Source of the DNA: an uncultured delta proteobacterium
Lineage (GTDB): Bacteria; Myxococcota; Myxococcia; Myxococcales; Anaeromyxobacteraceae
Assembly: GCA_963845515.1 (NCBI GenBank)
Contig: CAWJSR010000028.1
Coordinates: 196,039-260,038 of the forward strand
Direction of reading: 5' to 3'
DNA: 64,000 nucleotides
Under the pieces are notes generated by a model that was not told where the DNA came from, made no database searches, and was given only the letters and a program-made list of their open reading frames with translations. Made by a program: the position numbers and the translations under genes. Positions 21,170 through 32,939 of this stretch are shown piece by piece; within the stretch, counting starts at the first letter, position 1; every line of letters starts with the position of its first letter.

Positions 21170-22714
21170 GGCGCGCTCCTGGGGCAAAGGTGGGCACGGG
21201 CGGCGCGGTGGGCTGCCGGCCGACGGCCACAGCCCGGACATCCATTCGCCGATGCGCTCGATGGTGGCCTCGGCGGTGGGGATCGACGGCGACATGCGCC
21301 CTTGCGCGATGACGATCAGGCGGTCGGCGATCTCGAACAGCTCGTCGAGTTCTTCGCTGACGATGAGCAGCGCGCAGCCGGCGTCGCGCAGCTTCAGCAG
21401 TTCGCCGCGGATCAGCGCGGCCGCGCCGACATCGACGCCCCAGGTCGGCTGGCTGACGATCAGCAGCTTCGGGTTGGCGTCGATCTCGCGGCCGACGATG
21501 AACTTCTGCAGGTTGCCGCCGGACAGGCTCTTCGCCGCCGCGCCGGTGCCGCCGGCCTTGACGTTGAAGCGCTCGATCAGGTTGGCGGCCAGCAGATCGA
21601 CCTTCGCGGTGTTGATCCAGCCCGAGGCGCTGACCGCCTCGGTGCGCGTGAGCAGCGTGTTCTGCGCCAGGCTCATCACCGGCACCGCGCCGCGGCCCAG
21701 CCGCTCCTCGGGCACGAAGTGCAGGCCTTCCTTGCGCCGCCGTCGCGGCGAATGCGAGGCGATGTCCTTGCCGAAGAGCTTGATCGAGCCCGCCGGGCCG
21801 CGCGGGTCTTCGCCCGACAGCGCGGCCATCAGCTCCTGCTGGCCGTTGCCGGAGACGCCGGCGACGCCGACGATCTCGCCGGCGCGCACGTCGAAGGCGA
21901 TGTCCGTCAGCGTGGTGCCGAACTGGTCGAGCTTGGGCACCGACAGGCCCTTCACCGCGATCACCACCTCGCCGGCCTTGACGGCCTTGTGCTGCAGCTG
22001 CGGCGGCTCGGCGCCGATCATCAGCCGCGACAGGCCGGCGTTGGTCTACGGTGCGCGGATCGACCATGCCGGTGACCTTGCCGCCGCGCAGCACGGTGCA
22101 GTTGTGGCACAGCGCGCGGATCTCGTCGAGCTTGTGGCTGATGTACAGGATGGAGCAGCCGTCGGCCGCCAGCTGGCGCAGCGTGACGAACAGCTTCTGC
22201 ACCGCCTGCGGCGTCAGCACCGAGGTGGGCTCGTCCAGGATCAGCAGCTTCGGGCTGGTGAGCAGCGCGCGCACGATCTCGACACGCTGGCGCTCGCCCA
22301 CCGACAGCGAATGCACCGGCCGCAGCGGCTCCACGTCCAGGCCGTAGTCCTTGCTGACCTTGCGTGATGCGCTGCGTGATCTCGGGCAGCTTCATCGCTC
22401 TTGTCCAGGCCGAGCCAGACGTTCTCGGCCGCGGTCAGCGTGTCGAACAGGCTGAAGTGCTGGAACACCATGCTGATGCCCAGGGCGCGCGCCTGCTGCG
22501 GGTTCTTGATGTCGACCTTCTCGCCGTTCCAGCGGATCTCGCCTTCGTCGGGCCGCACCGCGCCGTAGATCATCTTCATCATCGTGCTCTTGCCGGCGCC
22601 GTTCTCGCCGAGCACGGCGTGGATCTCGCCGGGCTGCACCTGCAGGTTGACGTTGTCGTTGGCCCGCACCGCCGGGTATTGCTTGCTGATGCCGATCAGT
22701 TCGAGTCGCAGCAT
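21156..22714 (-). CDS. CUT2-type ABC ATPase (two nucleotide-binding domains), frameshifted
   Basis: LGENGAGKST, LSVGERQR, ILDEPT, LSGGNLQK, QPTWGVDV. Confidence 0.93.
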
Positions 22715-22745
22715 GGTGTGTCTCCTGGCGTGGTGATCTCAGCGT

Positions 22746-24048
22746 TCAGTCGGCGCGGCGGTGCCGGCACACGCCGGCCACCCAGCTTTCCACCAGATCG
22801 CGCTCGTCGCCGAGCGTGATCCAGGCAAAGACCTTCTCATGCAAATCGCGCGCCACCTGCTGGCGGCGCCGGGCCACCGGGCTGCTGGCCCAGTCCCAGA
22901 CGCACAGGTCGGCGCAGCGCGCCGCCTTCGAGCGAGCCGATCTCGTGGCCCAGGCCCAGTGCCTGCGCGGCACCGCGCGTGGCCGCATGCAGCAGCGCCC
23001 AGGCGCTGAGCTTGGTGCCGGCCATCGCCTGCACCTTGTAGCCGTCGGCCATGCGTGCGCTGCATCGACAGGCTGGTGCCGCCGCCCACGTCGCTGGCCA
23101 GGCTGATGGCCACGCCGGCGTCTTCGGCCGCGGCCCAGCCGAACAGGCCGCTGCCCAGGAACAGGTTGGAGCTGGGGCTGTGGGCGATCTGCGCGCCGCG
23201 CTCGTGCAGCAGCGCGCGGTCGGCATCGTCGAGCCAGATGCCGTGGGCCAGCACCGCGCGCTGGTTCAGCAGGCCGAAGCGCTCGTAGACATCGAGGTAG
23301 CTGCGCGCCTGGGGGAAGAGTTCGGCCACCCAGCGCACCTCGGCCGGGTTCTCGGCCACGTGGGTCTGCATGTACAGGCCCTCGTGGTCGCGCCAGCAGC
23401 CGCCCGGCCATGGCCAGCTGCGCGTCGCTGCTGGTCGGCGCAAAGCGCGGCGTCACCGCATAGGCCAGCCGGCCGCTGGCCGTGCCAGCGCTCGATCAGC
23501 TCGCGGCAATCGGCTTCGGCACCGTCGACGTCGTCGCACAGCTCGGGCGGCGCGTGGCGGTCCATCAGCACCTTGCCGGCGATCAGCCGCATGCCGCGCT
23601 GCGAGGCGGCGTCGAACAGCGCGTCGACCGACGCCTTGTGCACGGTGGGGAAGACCACCGCGCTGGTGGTGCCGTGGGCCAGCAGCGCGTCGAGGAACAG
23701 CTGCGAGCCGGCCTGGGCCTGCGCCGGGTCGGCCATGCGCCGCTCGGCCGGGAAGGTGTAGGTCTCCAGCCAGTCGAGCAGCTGCGCGCCCCAGGAGCCG
23801 ATGACGTCGAGCTGCGGGCTGTGCACGTGCGTGTCGATGAAGCCGGGCAGCACCAGCTTGCCGGCATGGTCGATGCGCCGCCAGGTGATATCGGGCGCGG
23901 CGGCCTGCGCGCCGACGATGTGGCTGCCTTCGATGAGCAGCCAGTGGTCGGGCCGGAAGCGCACCGCCGGGCTGTCGCGCTCGGCACGCGCCGGCGCGGC
24001 GACGAAGTCCAGCAGGTCGCCGCGCAGGGCGATGCGGGTGGCGCTCAC
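22746..24048 (-). CDS. guaD: Guanine deaminase, frameshifted
   Basis: LPGFIDTHVHSPQ, LLDWLETYTFPAE, TPRFAPTS, QTHVAEN, SSNLFLGSG, SDVGGGTS. Confidence 0.93.
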
Positions 24049-25008
24049 TGTGCCTGCTCCGGCTCGGACAGCTGCCGCGCCACGTCGCGCACACGCTCGC
24101 GCAGCCAGCGCAGCGGCGGCGCGGCATGGGTGCGGTCGTGCCACAGCTGGTAGTAGGTCAGCGGCGGAAACTGCACCGGGCAGCGCACGATGCGCAGGTC
24201 CAGCGCCGCGACATAGCGCGTGCAGAACAGCCGGCCGGTGGTCAGCACCAGCCAGCTGCGCGACACCATCAGCGGGATCAGGCTGAAGTGCGCGCTGCGC
24301 ACCACGATGTTGCGCTGCAGGCCCTGCGCCGCCAGGTGCTCGTCGATGACGCCGGGCGCGGCCGCATGGAAGGCCATCGGCGCGACGTGCTCGCTTTGCA
24401 GGTAGCGCTCCACGGTCCAGCCGCGGCCGCCGCGCACCGCCGGGTGGTCGGCGGCCACCAGGCAGACGACCTCGTCGCTCATCAGCCGCCCCAGGTGCAG
24501 TTCCTCGGGCGGCTGCAGCCAGTTGCCGATGACCAGGTCGACCTCGCCCGAGGCCAGCTTGCGCCGGTAGTCGATCTCGGCCGACAGCGGGTGCAGTCTC
24601 CACCTGCGCCAGCGGCGCCTCGCGCTTGAGCAGCGCCACGATGCGCGGCAGGAACAGCGGGTCCAGGTAGTCGCTGGCGGCGATGCGGAAGCTCAAGCGT
24701 GGCGCTGGCCGGATCGAAGGGGCCGCTGCGCTGCTGCGGCGCGAACAGCAGCTCGGCCTCGCGCAGCAGCCGCGCGGCCGGCTCCAGCATGGCCAGCGCC
24801 GCGTCGGTGGGCGCCAGGCCCTGGCCCGAACGCACCAGCAAGCGGGTCTCCGGTCAGCGCGCGCAGCCGCTTCAGCTGGGCGCTGACCATCGGCTGCGTG
24901 CTTTGCAGACGCATCGCGGCGCGGGAGACACTGCGTTCGCTGATCACGGTAATGCAAGACCTTCACGAGATGGAGGTCAATGGTGGAGACTAGCGAACGC
25001 TGTGCCAT
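24045..25008 (-). CDS. LysR family regulator divergent from xdhAB, frameshifted
   Basis: IDLHLVK...ERSVSRAA..L..TQPMVSAQLKRLR..TGDPL; FRIAASDY; YYQLWH. Confidence 0.9.
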
Positions 25009-25103
25009 ACGATTCATCGCATATTACTTAGTGCATGGATCGTATATTGCTTTGCGCCAGCAGGCGCTAGTGTTCGCACTGTCCGATGTCAGCGAGAACC
25101 CGT

Positions 25104-26662
<1,559 letters not shown>

Positions 26663-26674
26663 GGGAGACCTGTC

Positions 26675-29013
26675 ATGAACCAGATCACCGAAGCGCCCTT
26701 CGCCACCACTGCCGGGCGCAGTGGGGCGCGACCATGCGCATGAGTCGGCGCACCTGCACGTGGCCGGCACCGCCACCTACATCGACGACCTGCCCGAACT
26801 GGCCGGCACGCTGCATGCGGCGCTGGGCCTGTCGCCGGTGGCGCATGGCCGGCTCAAGGGCATCGAGCTGGACGCGCTGCGCGCCCTGCCCGGCGTGGTG
26901 GACGTGATCGCGGCCGAGCACATCCCCGGCGAGAACCAGTGCGGCCCGATCGTGCACGACGACCCGATCCTGGCCGAAGGCACGGTGCAGTACCTGGGCC
27001 AGCCGGTGTTCGCGGTGATCGCACACACGCGCGACGCGGCCCGGCGCGCGGCGGCGCGTGCCAAGGACTTCCTGGACATCGAGCCGCTGCCGGCGGTGCT
27101 GACGGTGCGCGAGGCGCATGCGGCACAGTCCTATGTGGTGCCCCCGATGCACCTGACGCGGGAATCGGCGCCCGGCGCCTGCCAGCGCGCCATCACCACC
27201 GCACCGCACCGGCTGCAGGGCAGCTTCGTGCAGGGCGGGCAGGAACAGTTCTATCTGGAAGGCCAGATCAGCTACGCCGTGCCGCTGGAAGACGGTGGCA
27301 TGCGCGTGCACTGCTCGACGCAACACCCCAGCGAGATGCAGCAGGTGGTGTCGCATGCGCTGGGCGGTGCGGCGCATGCGGTGCTGGTGGAATGCCGGCG
27401 CATGGGCGGCGGCTTCGGCGGCAAGGAATCGCAGTCCGCGCTGTTCGCCTGCATCGCCGCGGTGGCGGCGCGGCGGCTGAACCGGCCGGTGAAGCTGCGC
27501 CCCGACCGCGACGACGACTTCATGATCACCGGCCGGCGCCACGGCTTCGAGTTCGACTACGACATCGGCTTCGACGACAGCGGCCGCATCCTCGGCGCCG
27601 AGGTGACGATGATCTGCAACGCCGGCTTCAGCGCCGACCTGAGCCCGCCGGTGATGACGCGCGCGATCTGCCACTTCGACAACGCCTACTGGCTGCCCGA
27701 AGTCGCCATCCACGGCTACTGCGCGAAGACGAACACGCAGAGCAACACCGCCTTCCGCGGCTTCGGCGGGCCGCAGGGCGCGCTGATCGTCGAGCTGATC
27801 CTGGAGCGCATCGCGCGCCAGCTGGGGCGCGATGCGCTGGAGGTGCGGCGCGCCAACTTCTACGGCAAGACCGACAACAACGTCACGCCCTACCGCCAGA
27901 CGGTCACCGACAACGTCATCCACGAACTGGTCGACGAGCTGGCGGCCAGTTGCGACTACGCGGCGCGGCGCCATGCCGTCGCGCGCCTTCAACGCCGGCA
28001 GCCCGGTGCTCAAGCGCGGGCTGGCGCTGACGCCGGTGAAGTTCGGCATCTCCTTCAACGTCAACCACTACAACCAGGCCGGCGCGCTGGTGCACGTGTA
28101 CACCGACGGCTCGGTGCTGGTGAACCACGGCGGCACCGAAATGGGCCAGGGCCTGAACACCAAGGTGGCGCAGGTGGTGGCGCACGAACTGGGCCTGGAG
28201 CTCAAGCGGGTGCGCAGCAGCGCCACCGACACCAGCAAGATCGCCAACACCTCGGCCACCGCCGCCAGCACCGGCAGCGACCTCAACGGCAAGGCCGCGC
28301 AGGACGCGGCGCGGCAGATCCGCGAACGGCTGGCAGCGCTGGTGGCCAGCCAGCACGGCGTCGATGCCAAGAGCGTGCGCTTCGAATCCGGCCGCGTGCG
28401 CGCCACGGGCGTCGACATCAGCTTCGATGAGCTGGTGCAGCAGGCCTACGTGGCGCGTGTGCAGCTGTGGAGCGACGGCTTCTATGCCACGCCCGGGCTG
28501 CACTGGGACCGCGCCACACTCACCGGCCGGCCCTTCTACTACTTTGCCTACGGCGCGGCGGTCAGCGAAGTGATCATCGACACGCTCACCGGCGAATGGA
28601 AGCTGCTGCGCGCCGACCTGCTGCACGACGCCGGCAGGTCGCTCAACCCGGCCATCGACATCGGCCAGGTCGAAGGCGCCTTCATCCAGGGCATGGGCTG
28701 GCTGACCAGTGAAGAACTGGTCTGGCACCCGAAGACCGGCGCGCTGCTGACGCACGCGCCCAGCACCTACAAGATCCCCACCGCCAACGACGCACCGGGC
28801 ATCTTCAACACGCGGCTGTTCGACAACGGCAATGTCGAGGACAGCATCCACCGCAGCAAGGCGGTGGGCGAGCCGCCGCTGCTGCTGCCCTTCAGCGTGT
28901 TCTTCGCCATCCGCGACGCGGTGGCCGCGGCCGGCGACAGCGCTGCTGACCCGCAGCTGTCGGCACCGGCCACGCCCGAGGCGATCCTGCGAGCAGTGAA
29001 TTCCGTGCGTTGA
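26675..29013 (+). CDS. xdhB: Xanthine dehydrogenase molybdopterin subunit, frameshifted
   Basis: HESAHLHV, QEQFYLE, RMGGGFGGKE, AFRGFGGPQG, GGTEMGQGL, SKAVGEPP. Confidence 0.96.
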
Positions 29014-29056
29014 GGCACCGCGGTTCGAGGCTGGTGCGACTGTCGACGGTGGCTCT

Positions 29057-29510
29057 CGGCGCATAGCAGCCGTGTTGTGCTGGCGCGGGCCGAGGACGGG
29101 GGGATGCGAATCCGTCCATGTCCTCCGGCGCGGCTGTCGACCGGGCTCCTCCTCTACTTCCCGGATTCGCTCCCCACCGTCCTCGGCTGGCGGCGGCGCG
29201 CTGCTCGGCAGCCGACAACAGCCAGCATCACGCGGCGTGCCACGCGCTCGGCCACGAGCCCACCGCGACCCGGCCGATGGCGCGGTGCGCGGCGCGATCG
29301 TCTGCCGCTAGCAGCGTGGTGCTGCGCAACCCGGCCGTCGGCGAGCGCCGCGAGCAGCTCGCAGCGGTGATCAGCCGAGGGTGGCGGGTGAGCGAATCCG
29401 CGAGGTAAAGGAGGAGCCCGAGCGCCAGCTCGGGCGGGGGACAGGAGCGGATTCGCTCACCCGTCGTCCTCGGCCCGCGCGACACAGCACGACAGAGCAG
29501 CTATGCGCCG
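29057..29510. repeat. Two ~135-bp imperfect inverted-repeat arms (29057-29189 and 29372-29510), each with nested hairpins; REP/BIME/MITE-like or a structured RNA
   Basis: Arms align from CGGCGCATAGC to CCTCGGCTG; the right arm has a perfect 17-bp stem (29385-29401/29447-29463) and an 8-bp inner stem (29416-29435). Confidence 0.85.
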
Positions 29511-29548
29511 CATCCTGCCACCCAAACCGGCGGCCCCGATGTACTTCG

Positions 29549-30376
29549 TCAGGCCGCGCCGGTCGACGCCAGGAAGCGCGCGAAGATCGGGTTGAACACG
29601 TCCGGTCCTTGCAGAAAGGGCGCGTGCCCCAGCCCCGGCAGCACCTGCGTCCTGCCTTCCCACAGCCGGCCGTAAGGCAGGCCGGCGATGTAGTCGAGGT
29701 TGACGAATGCATCCTCGCTGCCATTGACCACCGCCAGCGGCACCTTGCCTTCGCGCACGATCGCCACTTCGTCCAACGCGCGGCCGGCGGCCAGTGATTC
29801 GAACATCATGCGCCGGAAGCGGCCATCGGCGCGCTTGCACATCGCCAGCAGATGCGCATCGACAGTGCCGTTCACCGCCGAGGTGTGCTGCGCGTAGAGC
29901 AAGGCTTCATCGTCGCTGAAGTCTTCCTTGCCGGTCAGGCCCATCACCGGGCTGGGCTTGAAGGCCGCGCCCATCACCGACAGGTCCAGCGGAATCGGCG
30001 GCGTGCCGACGATCATCAGCGCGGACACAAGGTCCGGCCGACGGCCCAGCAGTTCCAGGCCGATGTGGCCGCCCAGCGACCAGCCGAGCAATCGCACCGG
30101 GCCGGTGCCCAGCGCGTCGAGCACCGCCGCGCAGGCCGCGGCAAAGCCGTCCAGCGCATAGGCAGCCAACGGGTCCGGCGCATCGGTCGATGCACCGTGG
30201 CCGGGCAGGTCCAGCGCGATCAGCCGGTAGGCCGACAGCAGCGGGCTGTCGAACTGGCGCGCGAAGATCTCCTTGCAGGCGGAATTGCCGTGCACCAGCA
30301 GCACCGGCGGGCCGTCACGGCGGCTCTGGGTGACGGCGAGTTCGCCATAGGGTGTGGACAACGTGGAAGCGTGCAT
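29549..30376 (-). CDS. Alpha/beta hydrolase
   Basis: LLVHGN, DLPGHGAS, GWSLGG nucleophile, GSEDAFV, GHAPF. Confidence 0.9.
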   Translation of the reverse strand: MHASTLSTPYGELAVTQSRRDGPPVLLVHGNSACKEIFARQFDSPLLSAYRLIALDLPGHGASTDAPDPLAAYALDGFAAACAAVLDALGTGPVRLLGWSLGGHIGLELLGRRPDLVSALMIVGTPPIPLDLSVMGAAFKPSPVMGLTGKEDFSDDEALLYAQHTSAVNGTVDAHLLAMCKRADGRFRRMMFESLAAGRALDEVAIVREGKVPLAVVNGSEDAFVNLDYIAGLPYGRLWEGRTQVLPGLGHAPFLQGPDVFNPIFARFLASTGAA

Positions 30377-30513
30377 GGCGTGGCAGCGTAGAACAGCGGA
30401 GCTGTCGATGCTAGCGCCGGGCGGCGGCGTTTGCGCGAAGAACAGCTCGGCCATCGCTCGCCGCGCTGGCGGGTTGACGGCAAAGTGCGCCTGCGCGCCG
30501 CGCGCCGTCGCCA

Positions 30514-31372
30514 TCAACGGCTCCCTGGGGCCGGGCCGGCCATCATGGCCTCGACCTCCGGGCTCATGCCGGTCATGCGCGCCGGGCCGTAGATGGTGGC
30601 GAAGGCGATGTCCTTGGCATCCAGCCCGTGCGCCACGCGCACCAGCTGGTCGACCGGCACCATCTGCGTCGGGTCGAACAACACCCATCGGCCGCCCAGG
30701 TAGGCCTCGAACACCGCATGGAAGTCCGGCGGCGGCTCGGCGAAGCGCGCGTAGCCGCTGACCAGCCGTGCCGGGATGTTCAGCGCGCGGCACAAGGCGA
30801 TGGACAGGTGCGCGAAGTCGCGGCACACGCCGGCACGCTGCAGGAACACGTCGCGCGCGGTGGTGGTGGCATCGGTGGAGCCGATGCGGTACTCGATGTT
30901 CTGGTGCACCCAGCGCAGATCGCGCTGCACCCGCTGGTGGCCCGGCGGCAACGCGCAGAAGGTCTGCCGCGCCACCGCGCCGAGCAGGTCCGATTCGCAA
31001 TAGCGCGTGGGCAGCAGGTAGCGCAGCACCTCGTCGGGCAGCTCGCTGATCGGCAGTTCCGGCGCATCGCTGCTGTCCTCGTCGGCACGGCGCTGAACGC
31101 TGCGCGCGGTAGTCCAGGCGCAGCGTTCCGGGGCCGGCACGCAGCCGCAGCACGCGGTTGCCCGAGTGGGCATCGACCAGGATGCGATGCGGCAAGGGCG
31201 GATCGAGCCGCAGCTCTTCGTTCACCAAGGTCTGCAGCGGATGCTCGGCCGGGTGGATCATGAACAGGAACTCGCAGTCGCCGTCCAGCTCGTAGGCGAG
31301 CATGCAGTCGATGTTCAGCGTCGTCGCCTGGGTGGGCAGGGGTGCGCGGGCAAGCAGTTCAGTAGTGGGCAT
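30514..31372 (-). CDS. Transglutaminase-like protein, frameshift near 31105
   Basis: YLLPTRYCESD, GVCRDFAHL, IPARLVSGY, DFHAVFE, WVLFDPT (C-H-D triad). Confidence 0.9.
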
Positions 31373-31457
31373 GGCAATCCATCGATGCAGGTTGTGCGAA
31401 GACCCTGATTGGCTCATGCCCTGATGGCGCCGACCATCGGCCCGCAGGCGCCGATCT

Positions 31458-31506
31458 TGTAGGACAGCGCCGAATGCCGAACGGCGCGCGTAGGACAACA
31501 ACTACG
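31458..31506. promoter_or_regulatory. Tandem palindromic operator copies 2 and 3 in a divergent promoter
   Basis: TGTAGG-ACAGCG-CCGAAT (31458-31475) and CGTAGG-ACAACA-ACTACG (31489-31506), 31 bp apart. Confidence 0.65.
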
Positions 31507-31600
31507 GCCATGCGCGCTGCCGTCCGCTGGGCGGGAAGGCGCATGATGGCCACACTGACCTCGACACCCACTGTTGACACACACGCACACGAGGTCCCCC

Positions 31601-31828
31601 ATGAACAACACACTGTCCCGCTTCACCTTTCTCGCCCCGATCGCCGCCGTGATCCTGGCTGCCGGCGGCTGCTCCAGCATGTCCGAGCGCGACAAGAGCA
31701 CGGCCGTCGGTGCCGGCGTCGGCGCGGTCGGCGGCGCCGTCCTTACGGGCGGCAGCGCGGTCGGTACCGTCGGCGGCGCGGCCGTGGGCGGCGTCATCGG
31801 CAACCAGGTCGGCAAGGACAAGAAATGA
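31601..31828 (+). CDS. Glycine-zipper 2TM small lipoprotein (OsmB-like)
   Basis: Lipobox AGGC, GAGVGAVGGAVL...GGAAVGGVIGNQV; SD GAGGT. Confidence 0.9.
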   Translation: MNNTLSRFTFLAPIAAVILAAGGCSSMSERDKSTAVGAGVGAVGGAVLTGGSAVGTVGGAAVGGVIGNQVGKDKK

Positions 31829-31859
31829 TCGAAGGTACGTCCTCGATGGCGGCTTTGCC

Positions 31860-32636
31860 GTGATCGAACCGCTGCTGCTGAGCACCGCACGGGTCAGCAC
31901 CTTTTTCGGCGCGCAGCTGCTCACCGGCGCGAGCGGCTTCTTCTTCGAGCGTGACGAGAGGCTGTTCTTCGTCACCAGCCGGCATGTGCTCATCGACCAG
32001 CCCAGCCGGCACTTTCCCAACCGCATCGAGATCGAGCTGCACACCGACGCGCAGAACCTGACGCAGTCGGTGGCGCTGTCGGTGCTGCTGTACCACGACG
32101 GCATGAGCGTGTGGCACGAAGGCCGCGACGCCGGCGGCGCGATCGACGTGGCGGCGATCGAACTGCAGCGTTCGGCGCTGCCGCCGTCGGTGCTGCTGCG
32201 CTGCTTCGGGCCCCAGCACCTGCTGGATTCGCTGCAGGAAGTCGAGGTCGGCAGCTCGCTGTCGATCGTCGGCTTTCCGCTCGGCTTTCACGACACGCTG
32301 CACCACCTGCCGGTGGTCCGCCAGGCGACCATTGCGTCGTCCTTCGGGCTGCGTTTCCAGGGCCTGGGCTACTTTCTCACCGATGCGCGCACGCACCGCG
32401 GCACCAGCGGCGCGCCCGTGGTCATGCGCGATGCCGATGGCGACGCGCAGCTGCCGTGGAAGCTGCTGGGCGTGCATTCGATGCGCATGGACATGAGCAG
32501 CCGCGACCGCCAGCAGGACGAGTCGCTGGGCCTGAACTGCGCCTGGTATGCCGACATCCTGATGACGCTGACTTCGGGTGACGCGCGCATCCCCATGCCC
32601 GAGGCGCTGCAGGGCGCCGAGGCCGAGGCGGCGTGA
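31860..32636 (+). CDS. Trypsin-like serine protease (no signal peptide)
   Basis: FVTSRHV (His), IDVAAIEL (Asp), VGFP, GTSGAPV (Ser), LLGVH. Confidence 0.85.
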   Translation: MIEPLLLSTARVSTFFGAQLLTGASGFFFERDERLFFVTSRHVLIDQPSRHFPNRIEIELHTDAQNLTQSVALSVLLYHDGMSVWHEGRDAGGAIDVAAIELQRSALPPSVLLRCFGPQHLLDSLQEVEVGSSLSIVGFPLGFHDTLHHLPVVRQATIASSFGLRFQGLGYFLTDARTHRGTSGAPVVMRDADGDAQLPWKLLGVHSMRMDMSSRDRQQDESLGLNCAWYADILMTLTSGDARIPMPEALQGAEAEAA

Positions 32637-32659
32637 AGCGCGGTCCGACGCCCGACACG

Positions 32660-32939
32660 TCAGGCGTCTTCCAGCGCGCCCACCACCACCTGCTCGACAT
32701 CGGGGCAGGCGCCGAGCCAGGCGATCACGGCCTGGCGATCGTCTTCGCTGGCTGAACCGGGCCCTGCGTGGCTGACGAAGCCGCCGCCATCGCCACCGCC
32801 GAACGACAACTGGCGCGCCTCGATCGCCTCGACCACAAAGCACGTCAGCAGCTGCAGTTGTTGGGCGTCGTCGAGCCCAGGCCTGAAGCGGAAGGCGACC
32901 GCAAAGCCCTTGCCGCTGGCGGCTGCGTCGCGGGCTCAT
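32660..32939 (-). CDS. yggL: YggL/DUF469 family protein (not in the ORF track; 1-nt frameshift near the start)
   Basis: Manual translation GFAVAFRF...FVVEAIEARQLSFGGG...GSASEDDRQAVIAWL...VGALEDA*; ATGA overlap with the upstream gene. Confidence 0.72.

Noticed and set aside
29072..29485. Short ORFs inside the repeat element
   Set aside because: Translations are low-complexity, and no start codon follows the SD-like TAAAGGAGG at a suitable distance.
29057..29510. CRISPR array or intact IS element
   Set aside because: The repeats are inverted and long rather than direct with spacers; there is no cas gene, transposase or evident target-site duplication.
29549..31501. 650-aa transglutaminase N-terminus/alpha-beta hydrolase fusion
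   Set aside because: The middle is out-of-frame junk caused by a frameshift near 31105; these are two separate genes.
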